This document shows positions 61,744 through 64,000 of a stretch of DNA of 64,000 bases, one piece after another. The notes below the pieces were generated by a model that saw only the letters and a list, made by a program, of their open reading frames with translations, did no database searches and was not told the origin of the DNA. The translations under genes were made by a program, and so were the position numbers. Each line of letters starts with the position of its first letter. Position 1 is the stretch's first letter. The stretch comes from Nemertoderma westbladi (Eukaryota > Animalia > Xenacoelomorpha): assembly GCA_032718475.1 (NCBI GenBank), contig JAUCBJ010006239.1, forward strand, positions 37,799 through 101,798. The letters run 5' to 3'.

Positions 61744-62149
61744 ATGCAAAAATGTAACCAATGTGATAATTTTACTTACAGTATTTAAACAGGGTTGCGC
61801 TTTGTGTCCCTGCTTAAATAAAACGATGACTACTTACGGTTGAACAGATAGGAACATGTTGTTTCTCTGTTTCCAAATAATTTTACTTGCTTGATATTGG
61901 TCTGTCAAAAACATAATTCGTTCAACTCAAAATTATATTTAAGAGACCGGATCATGCTGAACATGGTTGTATAAAATGCCTTCCTATTATTTTATTTTTA
62001 TTATAATTAGCAACCATGCACTAGACAAATTATCTCATATAGTGTTGCTAAGGAAATGATTGCTTATTTGATCTGGAATGCAATACTATTTTGTTTATTA
62101 TGTATGTGTGTGTGTTTAGCTGGGTTTTGGTGTAGTTAGTTGGATTAAC

Positions 62150-62203
62150 ATGTGTCCTGCACGGGTTAGTGTAGCTGATGAGCCAAATCCCGGCGAAACA
62201 CAT
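62150..62203 (+). ncRNA. Type III hammerhead ribozyme, copy 4
   Basis: Identical to copy 1. Confidence 0.93.
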
Positions 62204-62609
62204 ATGCAAAAATGTAACCAATGTGATAATTTTACTTACAGTATTTAAACAGGGTTGCGCTTTGTGTCCCTGCTTAAATAAAACGATGACTACTTACGGT
62301 TGAACAGATAGGAACATGTTGTTTCTCTGTTTCCAAATAATTTTACTTGCTTGATATTGGTCTGTCAAAAACATAATTCGTTCAACTCAAAATTATATTT
62401 AAGAGACCGGATCATGCTGAACATGGTTGTATAAAATGCCTTCCTATTATTTTATTTTTATTATAATTAGCAACCATGCACTAGACAAATTATCTCATAT
62501 AGTGTTGCTAAGGAAATGATTGCTTATTTGATCTGGAATGCAATACTATTTTGTTTATTATGTATGTGTGTGTGTTTAGCTGGGTTTTGGTGTAGTTAGT
62601 TGGATTAAC

Positions 62610-62663
62610 ATGTGTCCTGCACGGGTTAGTGTAGCTGATGAGCCAAATCCCGGCGAAACACAT
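62610..62663 (+). ncRNA. Type III hammerhead ribozyme, copy 5
   Basis: Identical to copy 1. Confidence 0.93.
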
Positions 62664-63069
62664 ATGCAAAAATGTAACCAATGTGATAATTTTACTTACA
62701 GTATTTAAACAGGGTTGCGCTTTGTGTCCCTGCTTAAATAAAACGATGACTACTTACGGTTGAACAGATAGGAACATGTTGTTTCTCTGTTTCCAAATAA
62801 TTTTACTTGCTTGATATTGGTCTGTCAAAAACATAATTCGTTCAACTCAAAATTATATTTAAGAGACCGGATCATGCTGAACATGGTTGTATAAAATGCC
62901 TTCCTATTATTTTATTTTTATTATAATTAGCAACCATGCACTAGACAAATTATCTCATATAGTGTTGCTAAGGAAATGATTGCTTATTTGATCTGGAATG
63001 CAATACTATTTTGTTTATTATGTATGTGTGTGTGTTTAGCTGGGTTTTGGTGTAGTTAGTTGGATTAAC

Positions 63070-63123
63070 ATGTGTCCTGCACGGGTTAGTGTAGCTGATG
63101 AGCCAAATCCCGGCGAAACACAT
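63070..63123 (+). ncRNA. Type III hammerhead ribozyme, copy 6
   Basis: Identical to copy 1. Confidence 0.93.
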
Positions 63124-64000
63124 ATGCAAAAATGTAACCAATGTGATAATTTTACTTACAGTATTTAAACAGGGTTGCGCTTTGTGTCCCTGCTTAAATA
63201 AAACGATGACTACTTACGGTTGAACAGATAGGAACATGTTGTTTCTCTGTTTCCAAATAATTTTACTTGCTTGATATTGGTCTGTCAAAAACATAATTCG
63301 TTCAACTCAAAATTATATTTAAGAGACCGGATCATGCTGAACATGGTTGTATAAAATGCCTTCCTATTATTTTATTTTTATTATAATTAGCAACCATGCA
63401 CTAGACAAATTATCTCATATAGTGTTGCTAAGGAAATGATTGCTTATTTGATCTGGAATGCAATACTATTTTGTTTATTATGTATGTGTGTGTGTGTTCG
63501 CGCTTTCAGACCTTTGGCAGTTTAACCCGCCAAATTAGAATGTCTTCTAGATAATAAATCTGCTTTTTAGTCTATGACAAGTATTTGATTCACTACACTA
63601 GTCGAAACCAATCCGTGCGCGACCATTCACCCGCTGGATATTCCCGGGAGATTGGGTTCGACGGTTTAATTTGTATTGCTATGTAAGCCTAATGTATTAT
63701 TCGACTGACAGTATTATATAATCTCTGACAATATTATTCACCTTCGGTAATATTAACAGTTCCTTTAGGACGTGGCGCTTTATCTACATAAACAGAGTTA
63801 TGACTTAAACTACTCGCAACGATATGGCTTAATTATAATCCACATATATGGCGCATTCTTTAGGAATTGCTTCTTTAACAGACTCACTCATACACTATGC
63901 TGCACAATACTGCACACTAATCTGCCAATCTTCACTGATTTTAGTCACATATAAAAGGAACACAGGCTGACTCATGTAGGGTCTATCAAATAACATTAGA

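Larger units (their letters stand above)
60759..63497 (+). repeat. Tandem array of ~6 apparently identical 460-bp units; retrozyme-like
   Basis: Units start at 60759, 61219, 61679, 62139, 62599 and 63059. Each contains a hammerhead ribozyme. Confidence 0.98.

Noticed and set aside
60759-63497. 5S rRNA, tRNA or snRNA tandem cluster
   Set aside because: No recognisable 5S/tRNA/snRNA sequence or Pol III boxes. The hammerhead fold explains the conserved core.

Overview
AT-rich, repeat-saturated eukaryotic DNA, most likely an invertebrate animal (inferred from BEL/Pao, RTE/RTEX LINEs and GT-AG introns). Contents: the 3' end of an LTR element with unexplained ORFs (1-2283); two degenerate BEL/Pao elements (5656-~17510), one interrupted by an RTEX-like LINE; a hAT MITE; a young 16.3-kb BEL/Pao element (19906-36243, 975-bp LTRs, TSD GTATT) whose gag is split by ~4.7 kb of foreign DNA; a spliced, decayed C2H2 + tyrosine-recombinase gene containing a 21-bp minisatellite; a young non-autonomous Gag-protease-only BEL/Pao element (42554-50065, 560-bp LTRs, TSD ATTAA) and a related solo LTR; two RTE fragments; two exons of a secreted LamG/ConA-like host gene; and a 460-bp x6 tandem array. 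Main signals: (1) every 460-bp unit carries a complete canonical type III hammerhead ribozyme, suggesting a retrozyme/viroid-like circular-RNA system; (2) both full-length BEL/Pao elements lack a TGG tRNA primer-binding site and instead have a post-LTR sequence complementary to their own LTR, suggesting Tf1-like self-priming; (3) a covarying RNA structure sits next to the PPT in two diverged non-autonomous elements. All calls were made by eye and no database search was run.
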